Origin: an uncultured Candidatus Saccharibacteria bacterium
Lineage (GTDB): Bacteria; Patescibacteriota; UBA1384; XYA2-FULL-43-10; 1-14-0-10-43-13
DNA length: 32,000 nt
Assembly (NCBI GenBank): GCA_964543385.1
Contig: CAZIYE010000001.1
Location: forward strand, 360,001-392,000
Direction of reading: 5' to 3'
The position numbers and the translations under genes are program-made. The notes under the pieces were generated by a model. The model had not been told where the DNA came from and ran no database searches. It was given only the letters and a program-made list of their open reading frames with translations. Of this stretch, positions 1 to 9,193 are shown piece by piece; the stretch's first letter is position 1; each line of letters starts with the position of its first letter.

Positions 1-26
1 TACTCAACCAAAAGCAGATTGAGCTT

Positions 27-1988
27 CTATTTTCGGGAAAAATAATAGCTCAATATATCCTTAGCTATAGGTGTAGCGATGGCAAAGCTTCCGCCGCCAC
101 CATCAACCAAGACTATTACAGCAATCTCTGGATTTTCATAAGGAGCATAGCATTCAAACCATGCATGAGTTTTTTTGTTATTTAAAAACTGCGCTGTACC
201 GGTTTTACCAGCTAGAGTTACCGGTAAATCATTAAGATTATGAGCCGAACCAGACGGTTCTGTAATAGCCATTCTCATCCCCTTTGCAACTATTTCCAGA
301 ATATCCGGTCTAATAAAATTTTCACTCTCTACTCTAGGACCAAATTCCTTGATGACTTTGCCATCAGTCGCAACGATCTTTTTTACTAATTGCGGCTGTA
401 ACAGCTTACCTTTATTTGCTATCGCAGCAGTCACCCTCAACATTTGCAATGGAGTCACTAGAAGGTCACCTTGGCCTATAGAAACATGATAAGTATCACC
501 AATGTACCAAGGCTCTTTCATAACTTTCTTCTTCCAAGGCGGATTGGGCAATAGGCCACTCGATTCTCCTGGTAGATCAATACCAGATGGCTGTCCAAGG
601 CCAAATTTTTGCCAATATTCGTTAATTTTATCAATGCCTATACCTTTGACTCTGTCATAGCCACCGCCAATAGCATAAAAGAAAATATTATTAGATTCTG
701 CAATTGCTCGCGTAACATCAGTTACTCCGTGATCCCTATTGTCAGGAAAGATATAATCGCCAATTCTGATATCCGGCGGAGTGTCAAAAGACGTATTTTT
801 CGTGATTACTCCCTCTTGAAGACCAGCTGATGCAAGAATTATCTTAGAAATTGATCCTGGGGGGTACACGCCTTTAATAGCCCTATTAAACATTGGACGG
901 TTTTTATCTTCAATTAATTTCTTGTAATCATCATTGGAAATTCCGGTGGCAAATAGATTATTATCATAGTCAGGAAATGAGACTAGTGATAAAACTCCAC
1001 CGGTGTTAACGTCCATAACAATTGCCGTACCTCCACTCACCTCTGATCCAATCAAACGTGTAGCATTATCTATCCCTGCTCTGAGTATCTCCCCAACTTT
1101 TTGTTGCAAATCGAAATCAAGATTCAGCACTATATCGTTTCCAGGAACAGGCTCTTTGTTTTCCTCTTTAACTAAAACTTTGACCGTGTTACCCTTCGAG
1201 TCAACCTCTATCTGTTCAACCCCATTTATACCCTTAAGAAACTTCTCATACTCATATTCCAAACCCGTTTTCCCGGTCTTGTCAGAGGGGTAATAGCCTG
1301 GAGTTTTTTTCATATCTTCTTCGGAAACTATCCCCGTATAGCCAAGTATATGAGCAAGACCATTGCCAATCTGGTACTCGCGGATCGGGGTCTTGGCTAC
1401 AAAAATGCCAGGTATACCAGCGATATTCTCCTCTAACAAAAGCGCATCTTCATGAGAAATATTATTTTTGATTTCTACTCTATCGAGAGATAATAAACGA
1501 TTTCTCTGCTCCCCGATTGTACCATTGCCTTGAATTGTTATTCTTAATTCATCAACCGATATCCCAGAAATTTCTGAGACTTTCTTATATACATTTTCTC
1601 TATCATCTCTATTCTTCGGTAAATCTGATGGATAAACAGCTAGCGCAAATGATGGCCTATTCCTTGCCAGCCAATACCCATTTTTATCGCTGATTAGGCC
1701 CCTAGTAGATTCAAGAATCCTCGGCCTTATTCGATTACCCTCCGCAAGAATCTGATTAGCCTCACCTTCGAAAACTTGCAGAACAAATAATTTAAATATT
1801 AATACGCAAAAAATAAAAACTATTAAAACTTTTAAACTAAAATATGAGTGAGATGTAGTCTTGCTCTCAATCTTTCCGATAGGATCTATTGCTGTGTCTC
1901 CATAAGAATAGTTAAGATAGCCTTGCTTTTCAACACGGCGCTTTCGACGGTCTCCGGCCAATTTTGAAAAGTTACCAAAAATATCCAT
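27..1988 (-). CDS. mrdA: penicillin-binding protein 2 (class B PBP, elongasome transpeptidase)
   Basis: 653-aa ORF with an N-terminal TM anchor. Transpeptidase motifs are present: SxxK (GSISK), SxN (ESNN) and KTG (GKTGTA). The start overlaps the mreD stop, directly downstream of mreBCD. Confidence 0.85.
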   Translation of the reverse strand: MDIFGNFSKLAGDRRKRRVEKQGYLNYSYGDTAIDPIGKIESKTTSHSYFSLKVLIVFIFCVLIFKLFVLQVFEGEANQILAEGNRIRPRILESTRGLISDKNGYWLARNRPSFALAVYPSDLPKNRDDRENVYKKVSEISGISVDELRITIQGNGTIGEQRNRLLSLDRVEIKNNISHEDALLLEENIAGIPGIFVAKTPIREYQIGNGLAHILGYTGIVSEEDMKKTPGYYPSDKTGKTGLEYEYEKFLKGINGVEQIEVDSKGNTVKVLVKEENKEPVPGNDIVLNLDFDLQQKVGEILRAGIDNATRLIGSEVSGGTAIVMDVNTGGVLSLVSFPDYDNNLFATGISNDDYKKLIEDKNRPMFNRAIKGVYPPGSISKIILASAGLQEGVITKNTSFDTPPDIRIGDYIFPDNRDHGVTDVTRAIAESNNIFFYAIGGGYDRVKGIGIDKINEYWQKFGLGQPSGIDLPGESSGLLPNPPWKKKVMKEPWYIGDTYHVSIGQGDLLVTPLQMLRVTAAIANKGKLLQPQLVKKIVATDGKVIKEFGPRVESENFIRPDILEIVAKGMRMAITEPSGSAHNLNDLPVTLAGKTGTAQFLNNKKTHAWFECYAPYENPEIAVIVLVDGGGGSFAIATPIAKDILSYYFSRK

Positions 1989-2485
1989 TATATTTTTATT
2001 TCGAAAGATTTAAATCTTTTCCTTATCTTGAGATAAAAGTAATATACGATAACTCCTACCATTGTATTAATAAAAACGAACCATGAAAAAGTTAGAAGTC
2101 CCTCATTATTCCAAGCTTTACTATAAATTAATAATACCCCTTCAAAAATAAAGGTCGCGACCAGAAAGTACAGAGGAGATACAATTAGACTAGGCTCTGG
2201 TAAGTAGTATTTTCTGATGTAGCTAATAGCAGCTGGGATAAGAAAAAAATTAACCATAATTGGAAATAGAGGCAATGAAGAAAAGATGGAGAAGAAAAGA
2301 ACCAAAGAAAGAGAAACGATTATGTAATCCTTTTTTGTTTTATCCACAAGAGTGAATATTATCATAAAAATAAATGACGTCAGTATAGTCGCACCGTAAA
2401 CACCTAAAAAACTAAAAAAAGAAATATCCATGAAGGACAGAACGAAAGATAAAACTATCAAAAATAAATATTTTATATAAATCAT
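1988..2485 (-). CDS. mreD: rod shape-determining protein MreD (polytopic membrane protein)
   Basis: 165-aa very hydrophobic ORF with about 5 TM segments. It has ATGA-type overlaps with mreC upstream and pbp2 downstream. The call rests mainly on synteny. Confidence 0.6.
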   Translation of the reverse strand: MIYIKYLFLIVLSFVLSFMDISFFSFLGVYGATILTSFIFMIIFTLVDKTKKDYIIVSLSLVLFFSIFSSLPLFPIMVNFFLIPAAISYIRKYYLPEPSLIVSPLYFLVATFIFEGVLLIYSKAWNNEGLLTFSWFVFINTMVGVIVYYFYLKIRKRFKSFEIKI

Positions 2486-3267
2486 TTTTTCTCGATAAAC
2501 ACTAATTCCAAGATAGATAAATCTATAATAGGCTCAACCCCAACGCTTTTAAAGATCCCGGAGGAATTTGACTGTATAGCACCAGCTTTACCAATTAAAA
2601 TGCCTGCCTTCATTTTGCCGCCCAACCCAGAAGTGACTATATATTCCCCTACTTTGTAATCAGTATCAGATACTATATTTTCCATAAATAATCCATTTAT
2701 TCCACCTTTCAATATTCCCTTTGCCCGACAGTCCTGGAGAGCAACCTGAATAATTGAATCCTTACTTGTTATCAATACTACTTTCGAATGAGTGTCCGAA
2801 ACCTCTCTTATCTGACCAACTAAAACACCATTGTAAATAACTGCAGCTCCCTCTACTATGTCGTCCGCCTTCCCCTTGTCAACAATAAAATAATCCAGGA
2901 AAGAAGTAGGCTCACGCTCAATAATTTTGGCCGGAATTAAAGTTCCTTTCTCATTCTGATCCATAAAACCTAGCTCTTTCTTCAGGAGACGGTTTTCTAT
3001 CTCTAACTCATTGATCCGACTTTTATCTACCTGAAGACCAATTATTTTGTCGGTAAGGACATTATTTTGATTTTTTAAATCAGATATATGGAATACAAAT
3101 GAGATTTTTCTTCTCAGAGATTTTCCGAGACTGGAAAAGACATCCAGTCCGCCATCGGTCACATCGTAAGCTTCTGATCTAACAGAACTTTTGAATGATG
3201 GAGAAAAGCCGATCATTATTATCAAAGCGGCTATTAGAAAAACAAAAAAGAAAAAGGCTCTTTTCAT
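2482..3267 (-). CDS. mreC: rod shape-determining protein MreC
   Basis: 261 aa with an N-terminal TM, a coiled-coil-like segment (NELEIENRLLKKEL) and a C-terminal beta-rich Gly-rich region (SGLGGKMKAGILIG). It lies 2 nt downstream of mreB. A TGA stop sits inside an ATGA overlap. Confidence 0.8.
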   Translation of the reverse strand: MKRAFFFFVFLIAALIIMIGFSPSFKSSVRSEAYDVTDGGLDVFSSLGKSLRRKISFVFHISDLKNQNNVLTDKIIGLQVDKSRINELEIENRLLKKELGFMDQNEKGTLIPAKIIEREPTSFLDYFIVDKGKADDIVEGAAVIYNGVLVGQIREVSDTHSKVVLITSKDSIIQVALQDCRAKGILKGGINGLFMENIVSDTDYKVGEYIVTSGLGGKMKAGILIGKAGAIQSNSSGIFKSVGVEPIIDLSILELVFIEKK

Positions 3268-3269
3268 GA

Positions 3270-4322
3270 TTATCTCTTAAATTCTTTTGGCAATAACACA
3301 TTTGAAAGTAAATCAAGATCTTCCAATACCATTCCGGCTCCCCTTACAACTGCTGTTAACGGATCATCAGCGATATGCACTTGTGTTTGAGTTTCGATAG
3401 CAATACGACGGTCAAGTCCTCGAAGTAATGCTCCACCACCTGATAAAACTATACCCCTGTCCATAATATCAGCAAGCAATTCTGGCGGAGTCTCTTCCAT
3501 TGTGACCCTTATACTCTCCAAAATCTGATTAAGAGATTTTCTGGTCGCTTCACGAATTTGAGTATCATTGACTATAATTTCCTTTGGCAATCCAGAAACA
3601 AGATCCCTGCCTCTCATGGGGGCTTCGAGTTTCTCTTTCATTTCGATAGCAGACCCTACTTTAATTTTAATCTCCTCTGCTGTTCTTTCACCTAAAAGGA
3701 GGTTGAATTTGTCTCTGGCATATTGGATTATATCTTCATTTAGCTCATCGCCAGCAATGCGTAGCGATCTAGAAGCCACTACTCCCCCAAGAGATATAAC
3801 AGCTACCTCTGTAGTACCACCACCAATATCAACAATCATACTGCCAGAAGCGTCCTGTATGGGCAATCTTGCACCAATTGCCGCGGCAATTGGCTCCTCT
3901 ATCAAAAAAACCTCACGCGCACCGGCATTGATTGCTCCCTCTTCGACAGCTCTTCTCTCTACTTCCGTCACGCTATGCGGAATTCCGATCACTACTCTGG
4001 GCCTAGGAATTAATGTAAATCTTTCTCTATGTATTCTATCAAAGAAATATTTAAGCATCTGTTCAGTAATCTCAAAGTCCGAAATTACACCGTCAACAAG
4101 CGGTCTTACGGCTACTATATGCGCAGGAGTTCTACCTACCATTCTTTTAGCCTCTTCACCAACAGCCAAAATCTCCTTTGTCCGTTTATTTATCGCCACG
4201 ACAGAAGGCTCCTTAATCACAATACCCTGGCCCTTAAGGTATACGAGCGTATTTGCAGTTCCAAGATCGATACCAATATCTTGCGAAAAACGATTTAAAA
4301 TTTTACTGAAAGGATTTATCAC
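3270..4322 (-). CDS. mreB: actin-like rod shape protein MreB
   Basis: 350 aa with actin/Hsp70-fold phosphate and adenosine motifs: IDLGTANT, DIGGGTTEVA, LSGGGALLRGL. Uses a GTG start at 4322. Confidence 0.95.
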   Translation of the reverse strand: MINPFSKILNRFSQDIGIDLGTANTLVYLKGQGIVIKEPSVVAINKRTKEILAVGEEAKRMVGRTPAHIVAVRPLVDGVISDFEITEQMLKYFFDRIHRERFTLIPRPRVVIGIPHSVTEVERRAVEEGAINAGAREVFLIEEPIAAAIGARLPIQDASGSMIVDIGGGTTEVAVISLGGVVASRSLRIAGDELNEDIIQYARDKFNLLLGERTAEEIKIKVGSAIEMKEKLEAPMRGRDLVSGLPKEIIVNDTQIREATRKSLNQILESIRVTMEETPPELLADIMDRGIVLSGGGALLRGLDRRIAIETQTQVHIADDPLTAVVRGAGMVLEDLDLLSNVLLPKEFKR

Positions 4323-4472
4323 AATAAGAGATCCAAATTATATACTAACAAAAAACACCGATATTTTGGAAATGAACTACTGTTAGCTTCATCTCCAAAT
4401 GTTCAGATTCATTTTTAGTCTAATTCAAATAAGCCTTATGGTCAAGCAGAGAACAACACCTCTTTTCAAAAA

Positions 4473-5441
4473 TTACATATAATTGTAGACATTTCTCTGA
4501 TGTTCTGCAGAGTTGACAGCCGGATGAATCTTGCCATCAGTCCCATATAAGAAGAAAAAGTATTCACTAGGAGTTGGTGACAATGTTGCTTTAATACTGG
4601 CAATACCGGGATTGCAGATAGGTCCAATTGGCAAACCCTTCACCTGATAGGTATTATAACCAGAAATTACACTGGTGAATTCTGATGTTTTTGCCGACTT
4701 CCAGAAAGAGTACTCTTTCTGATCATCGACACTAAGCTTGGCAAAATTATTTGTGTCTCGACCATATTCAACAGTTGGATCAGACTGTAATTTCATTCCT
4801 ATTTTGATCCTGTTCTTATATATACCAGCGATTAGGGCGCGGTCGGTATCATTAGCTGCTTCACGCTCAACTATCGAAGCGATGATCAGGTCGTCATCAG
4901 ATAGGTTTAATCCATTGGTACGTTTCGAAAAATCGTCAAACATCATTTTCACGATAGCCGATGCAGTCATCTTTGGTTCGAAATAGTAAGTGTCAGGAAA
5001 AAGCTTACCTTCGTAGGACTTTGCCGCGATTAGAAATTCGTTGTAATCAACAATTTTGTTCGCCTCAAGCTTGGCACCAATCTGTTCAGTCCTCCAGCCC
5101 TCTGGGATAGTAATTTTAACAACCTTAGTATTACCAGAATCGATTATATTGATGATGTCCGACATTGAAGCATTAGCCGGTATTTCATAAAAACCAACTT
5201 TTGTTCTTTTGTTAAATATTTTGATTGCATAGACATAAAGACTCTTATTTTTTATAAGGTTCTTTGTATACAGCAAGCTTGCCAAGTCTTTGCTAGTTTT
5301 GCCCTTTTCAATCTGAATAAGTGTATTTTCCCTAATGTCTCCGTTGGCTTTCGTATATTCTTTTTCAGCAAGAAATAACAATGACGCGATCGCCACAAAG
5401 ACACAGAACAAAACAGCAAATATTATGTAAATTACTTTCAT
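4473..5441 (-). CDS. mltG: endolytic murein transglycosylase MltG (YceG family)
   Basis: 322 aa with an N-terminal TM. YceG signatures are present: ASIVEREA (catalytic Glu region), LQSDPTVEY and GLPIGPICNPG. Confidence 0.85.
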   Translation of the reverse strand: MKVIYIIFAVLFCVFVAIASLLFLAEKEYTKANGDIRENTLIQIEKGKTSKDLASLLYTKNLIKNKSLYVYAIKIFNKRTKVGFYEIPANASMSDIINIIDSGNTKVVKITIPEGWRTEQIGAKLEANKIVDYNEFLIAAKSYEGKLFPDTYYFEPKMTASAIVKMMFDDFSKRTNGLNLSDDDLIIASIVEREAANDTDRALIAGIYKNRIKIGMKLQSDPTVEYGRDTNNFAKLSVDDQKEYSFWKSAKTSEFTSVISGYNTYQVKGLPIGPICNPGIASIKATLSPTPSEYFFFLYGTDGKIHPAVNSAEHQRNVYNYM

Positions 5442-5893
5442 GAACTAATATCCGGTTTTATATATTGATCATTCTTCGAATGTTCAAGAAAACGTTCAAG
5501 GATGATTATTGCTGCCATCTCATCCACTTCGCCACTTTTTCTCTGCACTTTCTTATCATTAGAGATAAATAGGTTCTGTGCCTCTGATGAAGAAAAATTT
5601 TCTTCTTGAAAATAGATTGCTAGACTTGTGCTCCGTGAAAGTTCATCTGCAAATTTTCTGATCCTGCTATCCAATGTCCCGGCTTCTCCCTGAGATCTAG
5701 TTGGCAAACCAATTATTATGCCCGAATAATTTTCCTGTTCAACGATCTTTTTAATCTCTTCTAAAACAAAGGCATCTCCTTTGCTGGCGTCGATAACACC
5801 TAATCCCTTCGGGAAAATAGCACCCGAAGCTAAGCCAACTCTTTTCGTGCCGTAATCTATAGATAGATATTTATTGTATATTTTGTCTTCCAT
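5438..5893 (-). CDS. ruvX: YqgF/RuvX-like putative pre-16S rRNA nuclease / Holliday junction resolvase
   Basis: 151 aa with the N-terminal motif SIDYGTKRVGLA typical of YqgF. There is a 4-nt overlap with the mltG start. Confidence 0.8.
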   Translation of the reverse strand: MEDKIYNKYLSIDYGTKRVGLASGAIFPKGLGVIDASKGDAFVLEEIKKIVEQENYSGIIIGLPTRSQGEAGTLDSRIRKFADELSRSTSLAIYFQEENFSSSEAQNLFISNDKKVQRKSGEVDEMAAIIILERFLEHSKNDQYIKPDISS

Positions 5894-5970
5894 ATATAAC
5901 TATTATATCATTTTGAGGGTCATCAAAAAAGATCATCCTCCCTCTTGTCCTAAGAAATTGATGTTAGACC

Positions 5971-7761
5971 TTATTTATTATAATCAAACTCAACACTTAT
6001 TTTATCCGCAATCATTGGGGTTCTTTGCCAGAAGTTCGGCAAGATATTTATAGAAGAAGAATCTACGCCGTCAACTGAACTTAGATATGATTTGGCTGCT
6101 TTTACATCTTTATTTTTAATATTGCTCTTAACCATATCAACGTCGATCTTCTTGCCAACCTTACCAGTGAAAACAGCCTCTAGCTCCATTTCCCCGTTAT
6201 CGATATTACTTGTCTTAACCTTATAAACGATATTACTCTTTTCAGGATTGATAATCATTTCGTTAACATCTATCTTGCCTTCTATTCCCTTTGTGACTGT
6301 CTTCTTAATATCATCCTCCAGAAAACCCAGAACAAAGAATTTGATTTTCATTTTAAAATCAAAGCTATCTGATTCATCGTCAACCTTTTTAGAAGCATCT
6401 TGCGAAACAGTCTCCGAGCTTATTTGACCTTCTAGAATCTTCAAATTACTTTCTGTAGCCTTGGCGGCTAATTCTTTCTTAGCCAATTCAAGTAGCTCAG
6501 CCTTTATATCAGCTTCCGCTTTTGTTAAGTCTTCCTCTGTTACAATTTTAACTTCTTTGTTAGTGCCACCAGTAAAAGCAGCTTTGCTCTCTGCAAAAAC
6601 CTTAGTACTAACAAAACCTGCAACATCAAACTTTCTGGCTGAAAGATTGAAAGTATCACCAGATTTGTCAGCCACAACCTCAACATCAATAGTGCCAGCA
6701 GTAGTTTTAAGAACTGGAATATTATTTTCTATCGCTGCAGTCGCCTTTGCAACTGGAACTATAACTTCGGCTTGTAAGATAAATTCTTTTGAATCACTAA
6801 CTATTTTAGTGCCTTTTGCTAGTTTGATAGAACTTTGAAAATTATAAAGGTTAGATATCGTGACAGTGCCTTTTGCCTTTTCCCCTACATTTTTTTTACC
6901 AGTAGAAGCAACTGTCTTGGTAGATTCCTTTTCCAAGTCCACAATTTTTCCAGGAGCTGCCAATGTCTCATTGGCAGATTTTATATCCCGGCCTACAAGC
7001 ACACTGACTTTTTCGTCTATGTCTCTGGTCTTTAAAATTACTGTTGCTTTTGCACTAGGCAAGAAATAAACTCCGGAACCGATGATCACTACAAACAAAG
7101 CTGCGACAATTATAGCAAATAAGATTCTCCTCGAACCCTCTGTCTTGATATGTTTCTTCTTTATTATTGGATCCTGGTTATCTTGCTTCATGTAGGCTTT
7201 ATCATTATTTATATATTGATCTTTATCATCATAATTTTCCTCACTGTCTATTTCAACTTGTTGATCAATTTCGTCCTCGTAGTGCTCTATGCTTCTTTTC
7301 TTGAATTGAGGCTCTTCTTCATTATCATCTTCTACAGAATCATCAACATTTGTTTCCTCCACCCCTTCGTCAGAATCAACTTTGGCATTTAGATTAGCCA
7401 GAGAATAACGTTTGTAGGCATTGACCTTCAGGCCCATATCGCTATTAGAATTATCTTGACCTGATTTTAGTTCTTCGGCCACCGGCTTTATATGGGCCTT
7501 CTCTGCTTCAGCAACATTCGAAAAAACACTGATTTTCAATTGATTGGCTAAATTCGCAGTAATTTTATCAGCAGAGACCAATGCTGTCGCTTTGCCATGA
7601 GTCTTAGCACTACGCATAAGCAACTTAAGATTGATGATACTCTGACCGATAGTTCCGCCACGAGGAACAACCAAAATGACAACCTCATTCTGGCTTTTCC
7701 TTATCTTATCAATGACAGAGGTTATTTCCTCATCTGCTTCTAAATATATAATGTCGTTCAT
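5971..7761 (-). CDS. hypothetical bitopic membrane protein (cytoplasmic N-domain, acidic linker, one TM, large extracytoplasmic domain)
   Basis: 596-aa ORF lying 51 nt downstream of the ftsA-like gene. It has a strongly acidic low-complexity stretch (DSDEGVEETNVDDSVEDDNEEE...) and a single TM (ILFAIIVAALFVVIIGSGVYFL). I recognise no family motif. Confidence 0.6.
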   Translation of the reverse strand: MNDIIYLEADEEITSVIDKIRKSQNEVVILVVPRGGTIGQSIINLKLLMRSAKTHGKATALVSADKITANLANQLKISVFSNVAEAEKAHIKPVAEELKSGQDNSNSDMGLKVNAYKRYSLANLNAKVDSDEGVEETNVDDSVEDDNEEEPQFKKRSIEHYEDEIDQQVEIDSEENYDDKDQYINNDKAYMKQDNQDPIIKKKHIKTEGSRRILFAIIVAALFVVIIGSGVYFLPSAKATVILKTRDIDEKVSVLVGRDIKSANETLAAPGKIVDLEKESTKTVASTGKKNVGEKAKGTVTISNLYNFQSSIKLAKGTKIVSDSKEFILQAEVIVPVAKATAAIENNIPVLKTTAGTIDVEVVADKSGDTFNLSARKFDVAGFVSTKVFAESKAAFTGGTNKEVKIVTEEDLTKAEADIKAELLELAKKELAAKATESNLKILEGQISSETVSQDASKKVDDESDSFDFKMKIKFFVLGFLEDDIKKTVTKGIEGKIDVNEMIINPEKSNIVYKVKTSNIDNGEMELEAVFTGKVGKKIDVDMVKSNIKNKDVKAAKSYLSSVDGVDSSSINILPNFWQRTPMIADKISVEFDYNK

Positions 7762-7812
7762 AGTATGGTTATAAAGTGACCAGTTATTTCTTCTATATTC
7801 CCCTATCTACCC

Positions 7813-9063
7813 TTAGCTTCTCAATCCTTCTGTAATTCTTTCAACCAGCCCATCTACCACACCCTCTTCTCCGGCGAGATCAATTGCTAAATTTGCAAGA
7901 GCCATTGGAGTAATATCTTGAGAACCAGTCAACTTGCCCGTCTCGTCCTTTATAGAGATAAGTTGCTTTGGTTTTATAAAGTCAACTTTCGGCTGTTTTG
8001 CAAAAGGCAATCTTTTCACCCAGCTCTTTTTCTCTAAATACTCCTGAATATCTGGCAATAATGAACCGCCCCCACAAAGCAAAATCTTTGATGGCAAAAG
8101 CTCGATATTTGCAAAGTCTTCTAAAGCTAATTCTACACCCGCTAGCCAAACTTCACAATCATTTTCTATTGCTTTCTTTATCTTCGCATATATTTCAGAA
8201 TCAGTCGGTATTTTTCCTGCTGAATAGTCAATCTTCAGTTTCTCTGCCTCTGCAAATGTCTTATCAAAGGCATCAGCAATCGATTTAGTGAAAACACGTC
8301 CGCCGATAGCAAACATCTTAGTGCCCTCGACTCCGCCGCCTCGAACAACAGCAATATCAGTGGTACCTCCACCAATATCAATAAAGATTGAGGAAAATTC
8401 TGCTGAATCCTCAAGCCCGACACACCTAGCCACCGCATACGGTTCAGCGGCGATAGAGAGCAGATCTAGTCCGAGCTCTTCGGCTATCGTCTGTAGGGCA
8501 CCAAGATGAACAATAGGAGCAAAGGCATTGAAAATACCTACCTGGATATCTCTTCCCTGAAAACCAACAGGATTGGTCACCTTGTAGCCATCTATTCGAA
8601 CATCAACAACTGCAGAGTTAACGAGTTTAACATCAAGCTCAGCCTGACCAGTCTCCCAAGCGAGCTCGCTCCGAGTCTTCTCAAATGCCCTGCTTTGGAC
8701 CTGTTCTATAATTTCTCTCAATTCTTTGACTGTAATTTTTTCTTTGGGTTTTTCTCGTGTGTAATGGACTGTTGTAGTGGCTCCCTTTACCAATTCTCCG
8801 GCAATTCCAATAACACATTGCTTTGGCGAAACCTGAGCTACCTCGAAGGCATCTTCAAGCGCCTCATTGCAATTTTTTATGACTCCATAAATGTCGGTAA
8901 CCCTTCCTCCTTGCATATCAGAAAGCTGCTGTTTCTTCTTCGAAGTGCCAACAACGTAAGCTACGTCACTCTCTATACGAAAAATAAGTACTTTGACATA
9001 CTCAGTACCTATATCGAGTGATATAGCATAATTTTTTCTACTTTTCTTCGCAAATAGTCCCAC
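7813..9063 (-). CDS. ftsA: FtsA-like actin-family ATPase (cell division; PilM-like is the alternative)
   Basis: 416 aa with actin-fold motifs SLDIGTEYVKV, DIGGGTTDIAV and LCGGGSLLP. The middle region follows the FtsA pattern (IDGYKVTNPVGFQGRDIQV...AEPYAVA). GTG start at 9063 with a GAGGGG SD 5 nt upstream. Confidence 0.75.
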   Translation of the reverse strand: MGLFAKKSRKNYAISLDIGTEYVKVLIFRIESDVAYVVGTSKKKQQLSDMQGGRVTDIYGVIKNCNEALEDAFEVAQVSPKQCVIGIAGELVKGATTTVHYTREKPKEKITVKELREIIEQVQSRAFEKTRSELAWETGQAELDVKLVNSAVVDVRIDGYKVTNPVGFQGRDIQVGIFNAFAPIVHLGALQTIAEELGLDLLSIAAEPYAVARCVGLEDSAEFSSIFIDIGGGTTDIAVVRGGGVEGTKMFAIGGRVFTKSIADAFDKTFAEAEKLKIDYSAGKIPTDSEIYAKIKKAIENDCEVWLAGVELALEDFANIELLPSKILLCGGGSLLPDIQEYLEKKSWVKRLPFAKQPKVDFIKPKQLISIKDETGKLTGSQDITPMALANLAIDLAGEEGVVDGLVERITEGLRS

Positions 9064-9109
9064 AAAAACCCCTCATTTTAAGGTATAGATATATTATAAC
9101 AAAAATTTC

Positions 9110-9155
9110 GTTAAATAAAACAACTGAGTCGGTCCGCACAATGGCGAACCGACTC
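9110..9155 (-). terminator. intrinsic terminator downstream of the PRTase gene
   Basis: Hairpin GAGTCGGT/ACCGACTC (8 bp) plus an inner CGC/GCG, spanning 9126-9155. On the minus strand it is followed by AGTTGTTTTATTTAAC. Confidence 0.55.
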
Positions 9156-9193
9156 GAGTTTGTCCGTATAGGACTATCACCCCCCTTCGATAT

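Noticed and set aside
3568-4386. 272-aa plus-strand ORF
   Set aside because: It is an exact antisense shadow of mreB, which has unambiguous actin-fold motifs. The translation is low-complexity Ser/Ile/Pro-rich.
8506-9021. 171-aa plus-strand ORF (and those at 7998-8288 and 8288-8509)
   Set aside because: These are antisense shadows of the ftsA-like gene.
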